Shown here: positions 45,855 through 55,485 of the stretch, piece by piece
Layout of the letters: every line of letters starts with the position of its first letter
How positions within the stretch are numbered: position 1 is the first letter of the stretch
Assembly: GCA_965219245.1 (NCBI GenBank)
Contig: OZ244722.1
Location: 1,785,212-1,849,211 of the forward strand
DNA: 64,000 bases
Direction: 5' to 3'
Origin: Dehalococcoidia bacterium
GTDB taxonomy: Bacteria > Chloroflexota > Dehalococcoidia > Lucifugimonadales > VXLM01
The notes under the pieces: generated by a model
Told to the model about the DNA's origin: nothing
What the model saw: the letters and a program-made list of their open reading frames with translations, nothing else
Database searches by the model: none
Position numbers and translations under genes: made by a program

Positions 45855-46250
45855 ATGCGGTACTTGGCCGACACCAATTGGGTCATCGATTACATGAATG
45901 GCATACCCCAAGTCGTCGGGCGATTCGACGAGCTATTGCCGCAGGGGATCGGTCTGAGCATCATTTCGCTTGCCGAGCTCTACGATGGCGTGTACGGTGC
46001 TGCGAATCCCCAGAGTGCTGAACTGGGACTGCAAAGATTTCTCGATGGTCTCGATGAAATAGTGCCACTCGAAGAACCGGTCTGTCGGATTTTCGCCATG
46101 GAGCGTGTCAGATTGCGAACGGCCGGAAACCGCATTGAAGACCTTGACCTCCTGATAGGCTCAACTGCAATACATCACGGACTTACACTGCTCACCAACA
46201 ACCGCAGGCACTTTGAGAGAATGCAGGGCCTGAGCCTAATCTCGGCATGA
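45855..46250 (+). CDS. vapC: PIN-domain ribonuclease toxin VapC
   Basis: MRYLADTNWVIDY (first acidic D), SIISLAELYDG, DLLIGSTAIHHGLTLLTNNRRHF. Classic VapC layout. Confidence 0.88.
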   Translation: MRYLADTNWVIDYMNGIPQVVGRFDELLPQGIGLSIISLAELYDGVYGAANPQSAELGLQRFLDGLDEIVPLEEPVCRIFAMERVRLRTAGNRIEDLDLLIGSTAIHHGLTLLTNNRRHFERMQGLSLISA

Positions 46251-46302
46251 ATTAGGCTTCAATGAATCGAGCGATCATAAACTGATCATCAGCCGCCCAA
46301 CC

Positions 46303-47856
46303 TCAACCCTCCCCGTACCTCACCACCAACTCCACATCCGTCAGCGTCAAATCCGGGATAATACGCGGGTTCCTATGCCGCAAAACCACCTTGACCCTGT
46401 GCTGCCCCTTCGCGACCTGCCCAGCCTCAAGCGCATACGACTGCCACACCACGTCGGATACCGCATCGCCCATATGCGACCGCTCGATCACGTATTCGAC
46501 GTTCGCGTCGGGCAGCAACTCGCCGTCCCACATCACCTCGACCTCGTCGCCGACAACCCACTCCTCCATCCGCACTCGCAGGCAAACGCTCTCCGGCGCA
46601 TCGACCAAAAAATCGTCGGCGACCGTCAGGGCCACTGTCGGGCCGTCCCCGCTCATCGTCTCGACCAGCGGCGTCGGGACCTCGGCGTAGATGCGGTCGT
46701 TCAGCTCCGCGCCACGCCACTCTCCCGTCACACGCGGTATCTTGTGTGTCGCGGCGTATATCTTGCTTGCGCCTTGGAGCGTCTCCGGCGAGCCCATCGT
46801 CGTCAAGAGTCTCCGGCGGTGCTCTCGGTCTCCGTGGAAATTGAACACGTAGATGCCGTCCGCCCCATGCGCGTAGTGCCGGCTCGCGATCCCTCCGAGC
46901 ACCATTTCCTGCTTCGTGCCCTCGTCCTCCGGCCCAACGTGCGGCCCGTCCGTCGCGCCGTAGATGCACCCGTACACCGCGATGTCCGTGCCCTCCGTCA
47001 GCCGCTTGAACCCCTCGATGTCCAGCAGAGGGTCGGTCCCTGAGCTCGCCGCCGGAATGAGAATATCGACGAGTCCCTCTTCAACCCACGCCTCGATGTC
47101 GTACCCGATGCGCTTGCACATCTCCAGCGTCCCCGACACCCTCGCCGCCACGTAGAACGGCCTGCCCCGTTCCTCCGCGATCCGGTCGGTCGCCTGCCGG
47201 ATCGACCGCTGCAGATCGGTCACAGCATACCGCATCTTGTACCCGTAGTCCTTGTCCAGGTGGTATCCATGACGCTGCCAGTCGAGCTCGACCCCGTCCC
47301 AGTCCCATCGCTCGCAGAGCTCCTTCACGTGCTCGTACCTGTGCCGCCGCACCTCCGGCACGGCCATATTCCACGACAGCGCGAACCAGTCCGACTGCGC
47401 CCCGTCGCCCAGCACCCATTCGGGATGGTCCCGCCGCATCTGCGTTATCGAGCCGTGCCGCGACGTCCCCAGGTCCTCCACCTGCAGCCCGGCGAAGTGA
47501 TTGTCGTTCATGCGCACCGACGCGTACACGTGCATCCCCAGCGCATGGCCCCGCTCGATAGCCGCCGCCTGCGCGTCCTCCCCACGTTCGAGCATCGCCA
47601 GAACGTTCTCGCTGAACGTGTACTGATGGACGCTGTGATACTCCCTCCCCACGTGCTCCCCCATGGTCTCCTGCACCGCGCTCCTGTACCGCGCGACGTG
47701 CTCTCCTATGCACCAGAAATGCGCTCCCACCTGCGTGTCCGCCAGCGGCGCGTACATAGAGCCGAGAAACTGCTCCATAGTCTGCGGTACCTCGTGATGA
47801 CCGTGCGGCGCACCGTCCCAGTTGTAGATGATTCCGTAGTCCGGTGGTTGGGACAT
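46303..47856 (-). CDS. Hypothetical protein, possible glycoside-hydrolase-like TIM barrel
   Basis: 517-aa ORF with good coding character. WDGVELDWQRHGY and ILIPAASSG suggest a GHL-type barrel. The functional call is weak. Confidence 0.6.
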   Translation of the reverse strand: MSQPPDYGIIYNWDGAPHGHHEVPQTMEQFLGSMYAPLADTQVGAHFWCIGEHVARYRSAVQETMGEHVGREYHSVHQYTFSENVLAMLERGEDAQAAAIERGHALGMHVYASVRMNDNHFAGLQVEDLGTSRHGSITQMRRDHPEWVLGDGAQSDWFALSWNMAVPEVRRHRYEHVKELCERWDWDGVELDWQRHGYHLDKDYGYKMRYAVTDLQRSIRQATDRIAEERGRPFYVAARVSGTLEMCKRIGYDIEAWVEEGLVDILIPAASSGTDPLLDIEGFKRLTEGTDIAVYGCIYGATDGPHVGPEDEGTKQEMVLGGIASRHYAHGADGIYVFNFHGDREHRRRLLTTMGSPETLQGASKIYAATHKIPRVTGEWRGAELNDRIYAEVPTPLVETMSGDGPTVALTVADDFLVDAPESVCLRVRMEEWVVGDEVEVMWDGELLPDANVEYVIERSHMGDAVSDVVWQSYALEAGQVAKGQHRVKVVLRHRNPRIIPDLTLTDVELVVRYGEG

Positions 47857-47926
47857 TTCACTCTCCTCGCAAAACGGGATTATGGCCGTCCATTCTACGC
47901 GACACTACGGTCCCGTGCCCGCTCAT

Positions 47927-48014
47927 ATCCCCTCTCCCGTCGTGGGAGAGAGCCTGCCCCGTACTCGATACGGGGGCTAGAGCCTGCCCCGTACCCGATA
48001 CGGGGGTGAGGGTG
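47927..48014 (+). repeat. Solo hairpin-core repeat with duplicated second hairpin
   Basis: atcccctctcccgtcgtgggagag agcctgccccgtactcgatacggggg ctag agcctgccccgtacccgatacggggg tgagggtg. Confidence 0.8.
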
Positions 48015-48246
48015 ATTCCTTGTGAGCACATCCATCTACGCTACGCACTTCAGAACCGCACCCCGCCAACCGTTAACAGTTCTGTAAGGTACGTAATGAG
48101 GGGGAAACCTTTACCCCATACTATGGTAGCCAAACGACGAACGGGAACGACCTATGAACAAAACAAGGCCCGCGCCTGCGCCCGCCGAGTCGCGTATACT
48201 GAAGGCAGCACACTCCGATGCTGTGAGGGACCGGCGCGACGATATC

Positions 48247-48933
48247 ATGGCGACTCGAATTCTCATCGTGGACGACGAACGCGTTGTAACGGAGGTCGTC
48301 GAGCGCTACCTGAAGCTCGAAGGCTACGACGCCGCCATCGCGTCCGACGGGGCCGACGCCCTCAAGGTCGCCCAGGACTGGGACCCCCACCTCGTAGTCC
48401 TCGACCTGATGCTCCCCGTCCTCGACGGCCTCGAGGTCTGTCGCATCCTCCGCAAGAACTCCGACGTGCCGATCATCATGCTCACCGCGCGCGGCGAGGA
48501 GACCGACCGCATAGTCGGGCTCGAGATGGGCGCCGACGACTACATGGTCAAGCCCTTCAGCCCGCGAGAGCTCGTGGCGCGAGTCAAGTCGGTGCTGAGG
48601 CGGGCGCAGGCGACTCCGGGCACGGGCACCGGCTCGACCCTCAAGTTCGGCTCACTGGAAATCAACCCCGACACCAGAGAGGTTACCGACGGCCCACGCA
48701 AGGTCACGCTCACCGCCAAGGAGTTCGACCTCCTCTTTTTCCTGGCGTCACATCCCAACCATGTCTTCACGAGGACGCAACTCATGGACCAGGTGTGGGA
48801 CTACTCCTATGCGGCCGACTACTCGACCGTCACCGTCCACATCCGACGTCTTCGGGCCAAGCTGGAGTCCGACCCCCTGAAGCCGAGGTACATCAAGACC
48901 GTCTGGGGTGTCGGCTACAAGTTCGAAGAATAG
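48247..48933 (+). CDS. OmpR/PhoB-family response regulator
   Basis: Start refined to ATG 48247 (MATRILIVDDE). Receiver D in VVLDLMLP, K in MVKPF. Winged-helix output domain (LTAKEFDLLFFLASHPNHVFTRTQL...VWGVGYKF). Confidence 0.92.
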   Translation: MATRILIVDDERVVTEVVERYLKLEGYDAAIASDGADALKVAQDWDPHLVVLDLMLPVLDGLEVCRILRKNSDVPIIMLTARGEETDRIVGLEMGADDYMVKPFSPRELVARVKSVLRRAQATPGTGTGSTLKFGSLEINPDTREVTDGPRKVTLTAKEFDLLFFLASHPNHVFTRTQLMDQVWDYSYAADYSTVTVHIRRLRAKLESDPLKPRYIKTVWGVGYKFEE

Positions 48934-48936
48934 ACC

Positions 48937-50184
48937 ATGACGACACTCGCAAAGCACTCCATGCAGGCGGCGGCAACGCTGATCATACTCTTGGCCGTCG
49001 TCCTGGCGGCAACCGTTGTGCTGCTCGACCCACCCGCGGGCGATCTGGTCGACCTCGGCCTGTTCCTGCTCCTGTCCGGCGGGATCACCGTCGGCCTCGG
49101 CGTGGCCGTCTCACAGTTCGGACTGCCGTCTTGGGCACGCTCGATCCGAAGCCGTCTCATCCTCATATCCGTCCTCGTAATGGCGCTCTCCCTCGCCAAC
49201 GTCGGATTCGTCGCCGTCCTCATGTTCTTCTCACAGCACGATTTCTACCTCCTCGTCGTGCTCACCGTCTTCTCCGTCGGCATATCCATCTTCGTGGCGT
49301 ATGCCTCGTCCGTGCCGACCGCGCGCGTCATGGGCGGATTCGTCAGCGCCGTCCGCGAGATCAACACCGGTAGCCTCGACACGAGGGTGCCCGTCGAGTC
49401 GAACGACGAGGTCGGCGAGCTTGCCGCCGCCTTCAACGACATGGTCGAGCGGCTCCAGGGCAGCTTCGAGCGGGAGCGAGACCTCGAAAACGCCCGCAAG
49501 GACCTATTCGGCGCAGTCTCCCACGACCTCCGTACCCCACTCGCGTCCATCCGCGCCATGATCGAGAGCATCAACGACGGCGTAGTGACCGACGAGGACA
49601 CCAAGGCGCGCTACCTCGCAACGATCCAGTCGGAGGTCGAGAACCTCAGCGGCCTCATCGGGGACCTGTTCGAGCTTTCGCAGATCGACGCGGGAATCCT
49701 CGCCCTCCACGTCGAGTCGTCGTCGATCCAGGACCTCATATCCGACACGCTCGAAAGCATGGCGGCGCAGGCCAACAACCGGCGTCTGCGGCTGGAGGGC
49801 GAGGTCGCAGAGGACATCTCCCCCGTCTCCATGGACTCCCAGCGCGTCCAGCGGGTGCTCTACAATCTCGTGCAAAACTCGATCCGCTACACCCCGCCGG
49901 ACGGCTCCATCTCCATACGGGCAGTCGACGCCGGAGAGGAAGTCCACGTGCAGGTGGCCGACACCGGAGAGGGCATCCGCCGGCGCGACCTGCCCAAGAT
50001 CTTCGACCGTGCCTACCGGGCGGACCCCGCTCGTCACCGAAACTCCGGCGGCGCGGGCATCGGCCTCAGCATCGCCAAGGGCATCATCGAGGCCCACGGA
50101 GGCCGCATCTGGGTAGAAAGCGAACCCGGCCGAGGCAGCGTCTTCAGCTTCACGCTCCCCAAATCCGCCCCCGCGGCGGGTTAG
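48937..50184 (+). CDS. Sensor histidine kinase (2 TM, HAMP, HisKA, HATPase_c)
   Basis: HAMP (EVGELAAAFNDMVERL), H-box SHDLRTPL, N-box LYNLVQNSIRYT, G-boxes DTGEGI and GGAGIGLSIAK. Confidence 0.92.
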   Translation: MTTLAKHSMQAAATLIILLAVVLAATVVLLDPPAGDLVDLGLFLLLSGGITVGLGVAVSQFGLPSWARSIRSRLILISVLVMALSLANVGFVAVLMFFSQHDFYLLVVLTVFSVGISIFVAYASSVPTARVMGGFVSAVREINTGSLDTRVPVESNDEVGELAAAFNDMVERLQGSFERERDLENARKDLFGAVSHDLRTPLASIRAMIESINDGVVTDEDTKARYLATIQSEVENLSGLIGDLFELSQIDAGILALHVESSSIQDLISDTLESMAAQANNRRLRLEGEVAEDISPVSMDSQRVQRVLYNLVQNSIRYTPPDGSISIRAVDAGEEVHVQVADTGEGIRRRDLPKIFDRAYRADPARHRNSGGAGIGLSIAKGIIEAHGGRIWVESEPGRGSVFSFTLPKSAPAAG

Positions 50185-50214
50185 GGCCCCAACTCGGCGG
50201 CCTGTCGACAACCG

Positions 50215-51861
50215 CTACCGCCCCTCCCATATCCGCACCATCAACAAGTCCCCATCCTCCCACGGCTGCGACTCCACTCTCCAACTCAACGTTTCGTTCG
50301 CACTGTCAACCGTCGCCTCGTCCACGTCCAGCGAGAGCGACACCGTCCCGTCAAGCTCGATGATGTCCAGAATGTGACCACTAAGCGCGTCGTCGGGGGT
50401 CACCTCGATCTCCACCGTGCCCGACTTATAGGAGATGCTGCCTATAGCCGCCGACCCGCCGTTTGCGTCCGTGAACGCCGCGGGCTCCAACTGCCCGTTC
50501 GACGAATCGGCCCCCACATCTGGGAGCCTGCCCTGAGCTTGTCGAAGGGTCACCGGGTCGAAGAATAGCTCGTGCAACGTGCCCTCCGGTGACTCGACGT
50601 TTACGAGCCACTTGACGCGGTACGGCGGGATGTAGTTGCAGGGCTTCATGCGGTGCTTCTGGATGTTCGTGTGGAACTCATACACCCGCGCGGGCAGAGG
50701 CCGCGTAGTGTAGTAACTGTGAGAGAAGCCGTTTAAGGCATTCGTGTCTGTATCGCTCTGTTTCGTCGTGAACCAATCGGAGTCAGGCCCTTCTAGGAAG
50801 TGGGTGGGGTATCCGTCCTTAGCTCTACTCCTCTCTCCCATGAGTGGGGTGTTGGTCGGCGATCCTGAAGGAATGGACACATCGACTTGGCTCCAAAACG
50901 CAGGCGGATACGTCGGCCTGCCGTCGCGTTCATCTTGCTCTTTGGCTAACAGGCACTCTTTGTGGCCGGGTATCGAGCTGTCGACCTTGGCGGTCTCGGT
51001 CGTGATGTCGGTCTTCAGGTCTACCAGCGATTTCGTCGCAGGGAGATTCACGATTTTCGGGTCGTCAAGGTAGAACGTTTGACTCCCAGCCTCTCCTACC
51101 GAGACCGCAGGGAGCCACACCTGATTCTTCGTGCTGTGGATGGTGTACTCATCCTCGCTCATTCTGGCATTCCCCCCGATTGACCGCTCCGAGACGAAGA
51201 CATATTGAACCGTCGAAGGGACTCCGTCCTTCCAAGACTCAGAGACGTTGGATGCCAGCGACAGGAATATGATCGCGTCGCGCTCGTCCCAGTCGGTGAC
51301 GCGCCGGGTTTCATTCCAAACCCTGCTTACTTCCAGGGCCTTGGCTTCTGTCTTGTAGGGCGCGGCGGGGACATTGTTTTCCCAGGGCTTGGATAGCAAG
51401 AGACCTACCACGACAGTCTCGTCGGGGCTTCCGTACAGGGCTTCCTTCATGTCGAACGTGAAGGCGACCGCCGGGGCGTATGCCTTCCGTTGACCATAGT
51501 TGTACCACCACGAAGAGGGGACTACTGAGGTCAACCTTGCCCTTGCGATCACATCGGATCGCAAGATGCGCTCGCTCAGCGACAGAGGCCTGGGGTTCCT
51601 GTGCCCCACATCATCTATCGCGCTGTCCGCTCGAGGCCCCCAAGTGTATTCCACCTGCTCGACCGCGCGACTTGCCTCCGGCGCGGCTTCCGGTGTCGGC
51701 TCTGTCTGGGTCGCCACATCGCGTGGTTCCGAAGCCATGGGCGCAACGGGTTGCGTGGCGGCGGGCACCGCCTGCTCGTCTCGATCTGTGATCACGGAGC
51801 AGGCCAACGCTACTCCCACAACTACCACCAACCAAACGCAGATGACCGTCCTATACGTCAT
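50215..51861 (-). CDS. Secreted/lipoprotein of unknown function
   Basis: 548 aa. N-terminal signal VWLVVVVGVALACS. No recognisable catalytic motif. Confidence 0.6.
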   Translation of the reverse strand: MTYRTVICVWLVVVVGVALACSVITDRDEQAVPAATQPVAPMASEPRDVATQTEPTPEAAPEASRAVEQVEYTWGPRADSAIDDVGHRNPRPLSLSERILRSDVIARARLTSVVPSSWWYNYGQRKAYAPAVAFTFDMKEALYGSPDETVVVGLLLSKPWENNVPAAPYKTEAKALEVSRVWNETRRVTDWDERDAIIFLSLASNVSESWKDGVPSTVQYVFVSERSIGGNARMSEDEYTIHSTKNQVWLPAVSVGEAGSQTFYLDDPKIVNLPATKSLVDLKTDITTETAKVDSSIPGHKECLLAKEQDERDGRPTYPPAFWSQVDVSIPSGSPTNTPLMGERSRAKDGYPTHFLEGPDSDWFTTKQSDTDTNALNGFSHSYYTTRPLPARVYEFHTNIQKHRMKPCNYIPPYRVKWLVNVESPEGTLHELFFDPVTLRQAQGRLPDVGADSSNGQLEPAAFTDANGGSAAIGSISYKSGTVEIEVTPDDALSGHILDIIELDGTVSLSLDVDEATVDSANETLSWRVESQPWEDGDLLMVRIWEGR

Positions 51862-51973
51862 AGGCGCTCATCTCCTTGCAAAACAAAACGCAGACGGTCT
51901 TGCCCGCGTCCCCCTCATCACCCGTTATCGTACCACCAACCCATTCCGTTTTCCCACCCACTGAAACCAACAA

Positions 51974-52363
51974 CCGTCATTCCCGCCAATAGCCGACTCC
52001 GTCATTCCTGCGAAGGAACGTCACCCCGTACTCGATACGGGGGCTGGGGTGAGGGGCAACCCCAGAACCCAGAACCCTCCCCTCCGCGCTCTCTGCGATC
52101 TCTGTGGTGAATCTCCTCCCCCTCTGCGCCCTCCGCGCTCTCTGCGGTGAATCCTCTTTCACCCACACCGTCATTCCCGCCAATGGCCGACTCCGTCATT
52201 CCGGCGTAGGCCGGAATCCAGCGATCCACCAAGGCGGTACGTGGCCCCACTGACAATTCACATACCTAACACCCAGAACCCTCCTCCTCCCCTCTGTGCT
52301 CTCTGCGATCTCTGTGGTGAATCTTCTCCTCCTCTCCCCCCTCCGCGCCCTCTGCGGTGAACC
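51974..52363. repeat. Dense cluster of hairpin repeats and CTCTGCGGTGAATC-type repeats
   Basis: Two copies of ccgtcattcccgccaat(a/g)gccgactccgtcattcc..., and four or five copies of cc(t/g)ctgcg...ctctg(c/t)ggtgaatc. Confidence 0.8.
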
Positions 52364-52413
52364 CCAAAATCGCGCTTTTGACACGAACGTTCTTATCCTC
52401 TACCATCAATTAC

Positions 52414-53862
52414 ATGACATCACACAAAGACCACCAACTCGACCAACTCGGCATAAACTCCCAGTACGAGGCCGACGAGCTCGAACGAGAGCTCGACATA
52501 CGCTTCGACAGGTTCTCCTACCACGGCCGCGAGGCCTGGGTCCAGCAGAACGCCTACCTCGACGCCTACGCCAACACGCGCGCCGTCTCCAACGCCGCAG
52601 ACACAGCGGGCGTCACCGTCCCCACCGCGCAGGCGTGGAAATTCCTCAACACCCTCGGCTTCAAACGCAGACTCGAAATCGCCGACCTCCGCTTCTCCGA
52701 CAGCCTCCAGGTCATGGCCCTCGAACGCGCAAGAGAACCCGACGCCCCAGCGTCCCTCCTCATCGCTCTCCTTCGCGCCCACATACCCGAAAAATTCTCC
52801 TCCAACGGACACACCTGCGACACCTCAAAGGCCGACGAACTCCTCTTCCTCTACAGCCAGGACGCCAAACGAGAACTCGACGCGGGCCATCCTACCTTCC
52901 GCGCCATCGCCAACGGGACCTACCAACCACCCAACCGTCATACCGGCGGAGGCGGGAATCCAGAGGCGGCCCATTCCAATCTCTCCCCCGCCGGGGGAGA
53001 GATACAGAGAGGGGGATCCTTCCCTGAAAACCAATATGACTCCCAAGAGACCACCCTCCCCCACGACGACATCTCTCCCGACGAACCCGACACCCCCACC
53101 CGTCATTCCCGCGAACGCGGGAATCCAGAGGCGGCCCATTCCAATCTCTCCCCCGCCGGAGAAGACACTCCCCGTTCCAATCTCTCCCCCGCCGGGGGAG
53201 AGATACAGAGAGGGGGATCCTTCCCTGAAAACCAATACGATTCCCAAGAGACCACGCCCCACGACGACATCCACCCCGTCGACCCCGACGAGATCGCCCG
53301 CGCCAACCTCTCCCCCTCACCGGAAGAACACACCTCTTCCCCCTCTCCCGTTGTGGGAGAGAGCCTGCCCCGTACTCGATACGGGGGCTGGGGTGAGGGT
53401 GAGGGTGAAATGCCCCGTCCCCAGAACCCAGCACCTAGCACCCAGAACCCCTCCGCGCCCTCCGCGCCCTCTGCGGTGAATCCCTCCCCAACACCCCAGA
53501 ACCCAGCACCTAGCACCCAGAACCCCTCCGCGTCCTCCGCGCCCTCTGCGGTGAATCCCTCTCCAACACCCCAGAACCCAGCACCTAGCACCCAGAACCC
53601 CTCCGCGTCCTCTGCGCTCTCTGCGGTGAATCCTTCCCCAACACCCCAGAACCCAGCACCTAGCACCCAGAACCCCTCTGCGTCCTCTGCGCTCTCTGCG
53701 GTGAATCCTTCCCCAACACCCCAGAACCCAGCACCTAGCACCCAGAACCCCTCTGCGTCCTCTGCGGTGAAACCAACCCGCCGCCCCATCGCCTCAATAT
53801 TCCAAACACGCAGACCCTCCCAAAACGACGACCCCAACACCTTCAAAGTAACTCGCTTCTAA
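52414..53862 (+). CDS. HTH protein (terminase-small-subunit-like / homeodomain-like N-domain) with a repeat-derived C-terminal tail
   Basis: Start refined to ATG 52414. The N-terminal ~135 aa are paralogous to 54046..54951 (YANTRAVSNAADTAGVTVPTAQAWKFLNTLGFKRRLEIA...LLIALLRAHIPEKF). The remaining ~350 aa are translated repeats. Confidence 0.5.
   Translation: MTSHKDHQLDQLGINSQYEADELERELDIRFDRFSYHGREAWVQQNAYLDAYANTRAVSNAADTAGVTVPTAQAWKFLNTLGFKRRLEIADLRFSDSLQVMALERAREPDAPASLLIALLRAHIPEKFSSNGHTCDTSKADELLFLYSQDAKRELDAGHPTFRAIANGTYQPPNRHTGGGGNPEAAHSNLSPAGGEIQRGGSFPENQYDSQETTLPHDDISPDEPDTPTRHSRERGNPEAAHSNLSPAGEDTPRSNLSPAGGEIQRGGSFPENQYDSQETTPHDDIHPVDPDEIARANLSPSPEEHTSSPSPVVGESLPRTRYGGWGEGEGEMPRPQNPAPSTQNPSAPSAPSAVNPSPTPQNPAPSTQNPSASSAPSAVNPSPTPQNPAPSTQNPSASSALSAVNPSPTPQNPAPSTQNPSASSALSAVNPSPTPQNPAPSTQNPSASSAVKPTRRPIASIFQTRRPSQNDDPNTFKVTRF
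53420..53775 (+). repeat. Tandem array, about 4.7 units of 75 bp
   Basis: cccagaaccc starts at 53420, 53495, 53570, 53645 and 53720. The unit contains the ccctctgcggtgaatcc repeat. Translated QNPAPSTQNPSASSAPSAVNPSPTP. Confidence 0.9.
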
Positions 53863-53901
53863 TACGTACATACGAAATACCCTCTACCTCCTTCCCAGAA
53901 C

Positions 53902-54024
53902 CTAGTACTCAGTCAACTTGAATATGATGAACAGGTAGATGCCGATTTATCCCCTCTCCCGTCGTGGGAGAGGGCTAGGGTGAGGGTGAATCGTAATATC
54001 AAAACCATGTTGACACGGTACTAG
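53902..54024. mobile_element. MITE (CTAGTACTCAGTC ... TGTTGACACGGTACTAG)
   Basis: 123 bp, CTAG-bounded, near-identical to 42023..42145. Confidence 0.7.
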
Positions 54025-54045
54025 AACCCAACACCCAGCACCCCA

Positions 54046-54951
54046 ATGCCCTCCCTATACGAAACCCTAGGCATCTCATCCCAACTAGAAGCCGCCGAGC
54101 TCGAACAGGACCTCGGCATCCGCTTCGACGACTTCACACCCGAAGACGCCGACACATGGATTCGCCAGACCCTCTACCTCGGCCAGTACGCCAACACCCG
54201 CACCTTCACTCACGCCGTGCGTGAAGCGGGCGTCTCCCTTCGCCACGCCAGAACATGGCAGACCGAAAACACCCTCGGCTTCAACCAACGCCTCCAAATA
54301 GCCGTCCTCGAATACACCGAAGAGATCGAGGTCCTTCTCTTGGAGCAAGTCCGACAGCCCAAACCCTCCCCCGCGCTCCTCGCAATGCTCCTCCGAGCGC
54401 ACCTCCCCGAAAAATACGGCCCCGCGCGCCGCCAAAGCGCCCCGCGGGCCAGCCACTCCGACCACGACGACGACCCCAAGCCGGAAACCTCCCAAGACGA
54501 CCGTGAATCCCTAGACGACATCCGCCAAGACCTCCAACAACTCAACCAATTCGCCGGCCTCACCGACCCTACCTCCAATCTCTCCCCCGCCGACCTACCA
54601 CCCGTAGGGGCAGGTTTCAAACCTGCCCCCGATCCCTCCCCCACCGGAGAAGACACGTCCCATCCCAATCTCTCCCCCAACGGAGAAGACACTTCCCATC
54701 CCAATCTCTCCCCCGCATCCTCACACCCCTCCGCGCCCTCCACATCTTCCCCCTCTCCCGTCGTGGGAGAGACCTGGGCTGAGGGCGATCTGCCCCATCC
54801 CCAGCACCCAGCACCTAACACCCAGAACCCTCCCCTCACCCGCCGCCAACGCCGTCAACTCCAACGAAAACAACGCAAACAACGCAAGGCCCCGCGCCCC
54901 GATGCGCGGACCAAACAACCCAACTCCCACCGCCCACGCGCCCCCAACTGA
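54046..54951 (+). CDS. HTH protein, paralog of 52414..53862, with repeat-derived and basic C-terminal tail
   Basis: YANTRTFTHAVREAGVSLRHARTWQTENTLGFNQRLQIAVLEY...LLAMLLRAHLPEKY. The tail contains LPPVGAGFKPAP (palindrome gtaggggcaggtttcaaacctgcccc), PSPVVGETW and RRQRRQLQRKQRKQRK. Confidence 0.5.
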   Translation: MPSLYETLGISSQLEAAELEQDLGIRFDDFTPEDADTWIRQTLYLGQYANTRTFTHAVREAGVSLRHARTWQTENTLGFNQRLQIAVLEYTEEIEVLLLEQVRQPKPSPALLAMLLRAHLPEKYGPARRQSAPRASHSDHDDDPKPETSQDDRESLDDIRQDLQQLNQFAGLTDPTSNLSPADLPPVGAGFKPAPDPSPTGEDTSHPNLSPNGEDTSHPNLSPASSHPSAPSTSSPSPVVGETWAEGDLPHPQHPAPNTQNPPLTRRQRRQLQRKQRKQRKAPRPDARTKQPNSHRPRAPN

Positions 54952-54961
54952 CCCCACCACC

Positions 54962-55352
54962 TGTCATTCCGACACCACCTGTCATTCCGAGCGAAGCGAG
55001 GAATCTAAGATCCCAACCTTCCTCAATGGACCTCGAAGCAGGAACGACCCTTGCCCATATCCCCTCTCCCGTCCTGGGAGAGAGCCTGCCCCGTACTCGA
55101 TACGGGGGCTAGGGTGAGGGTACCCCGTACTAGATACGGGGCCGGAATCCAGAAAGGGCTCTACACCACACCCTAATCCAGAACCTACTCACACCTCATC
55201 CGACTGAAACCCCCACCCCAGTCGGCCGTCCCTACACGCCCTTACTTTTCTCTTCCCCTCTGTGTCCTCCGTGCCCTCTGTGGTGAATCCTCCCACTTTC
55301 TACGCAATACTTTCTACTTTCTCTCCCCCTCTGCGCCCTCCGCGGCGAACCC
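54962..55352. repeat. Cluster of hairpin repeats (GTCATTCCGA..., core, CCGGAATCCAG, CTCTGTGGTGAATCC)
   Basis: ctgtcattccgacaccacctgtcattccgagcgaagcgaggaatctaag; the core at 55059..55152; ccctctgtggtgaatcc and ccctctgcgccctccgcggcgaacc. Confidence 0.8.
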
Positions 55353-55485
55353 CACGCAACACCCGGTACTTTCCCCTCTCCCTCCCCAAGCGTAATTGCC
55401 TTTCGCGTGACGCGCAGAGACGTTTACACAGGTTCTTTTCACGTGCTACGATTAATGCAGTGTCGGGGCGAAGGAGGGGTGTGCG

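Noticed and set aside
50500-50560. In-frame mini-repeat in the secreted protein (translated TLRQAQGRLP; opposite strand LSLSKG)
   Set aside because: It resembles peptide motifs I associate with translated repeats in other genomes. However, there is only one copy in this window and no clear palindrome, so an insertion cannot be supported here.
53103-53846. 247-aa minus-strand ORF over the 75-bp array, and ORFs 52825..53274 and 52892..53434
   Set aside because: These are pure translations of repeat DNA with no non-repeat domain attached. They were treated as artefacts.
52414-54951. Prophage remnant, suggested by terminase-small-subunit-like HTH domains
   Set aside because: No large terminase, portal, capsid, integrase or other phage genes are nearby. 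The similarity is to a generic HTH fold judged by eye.
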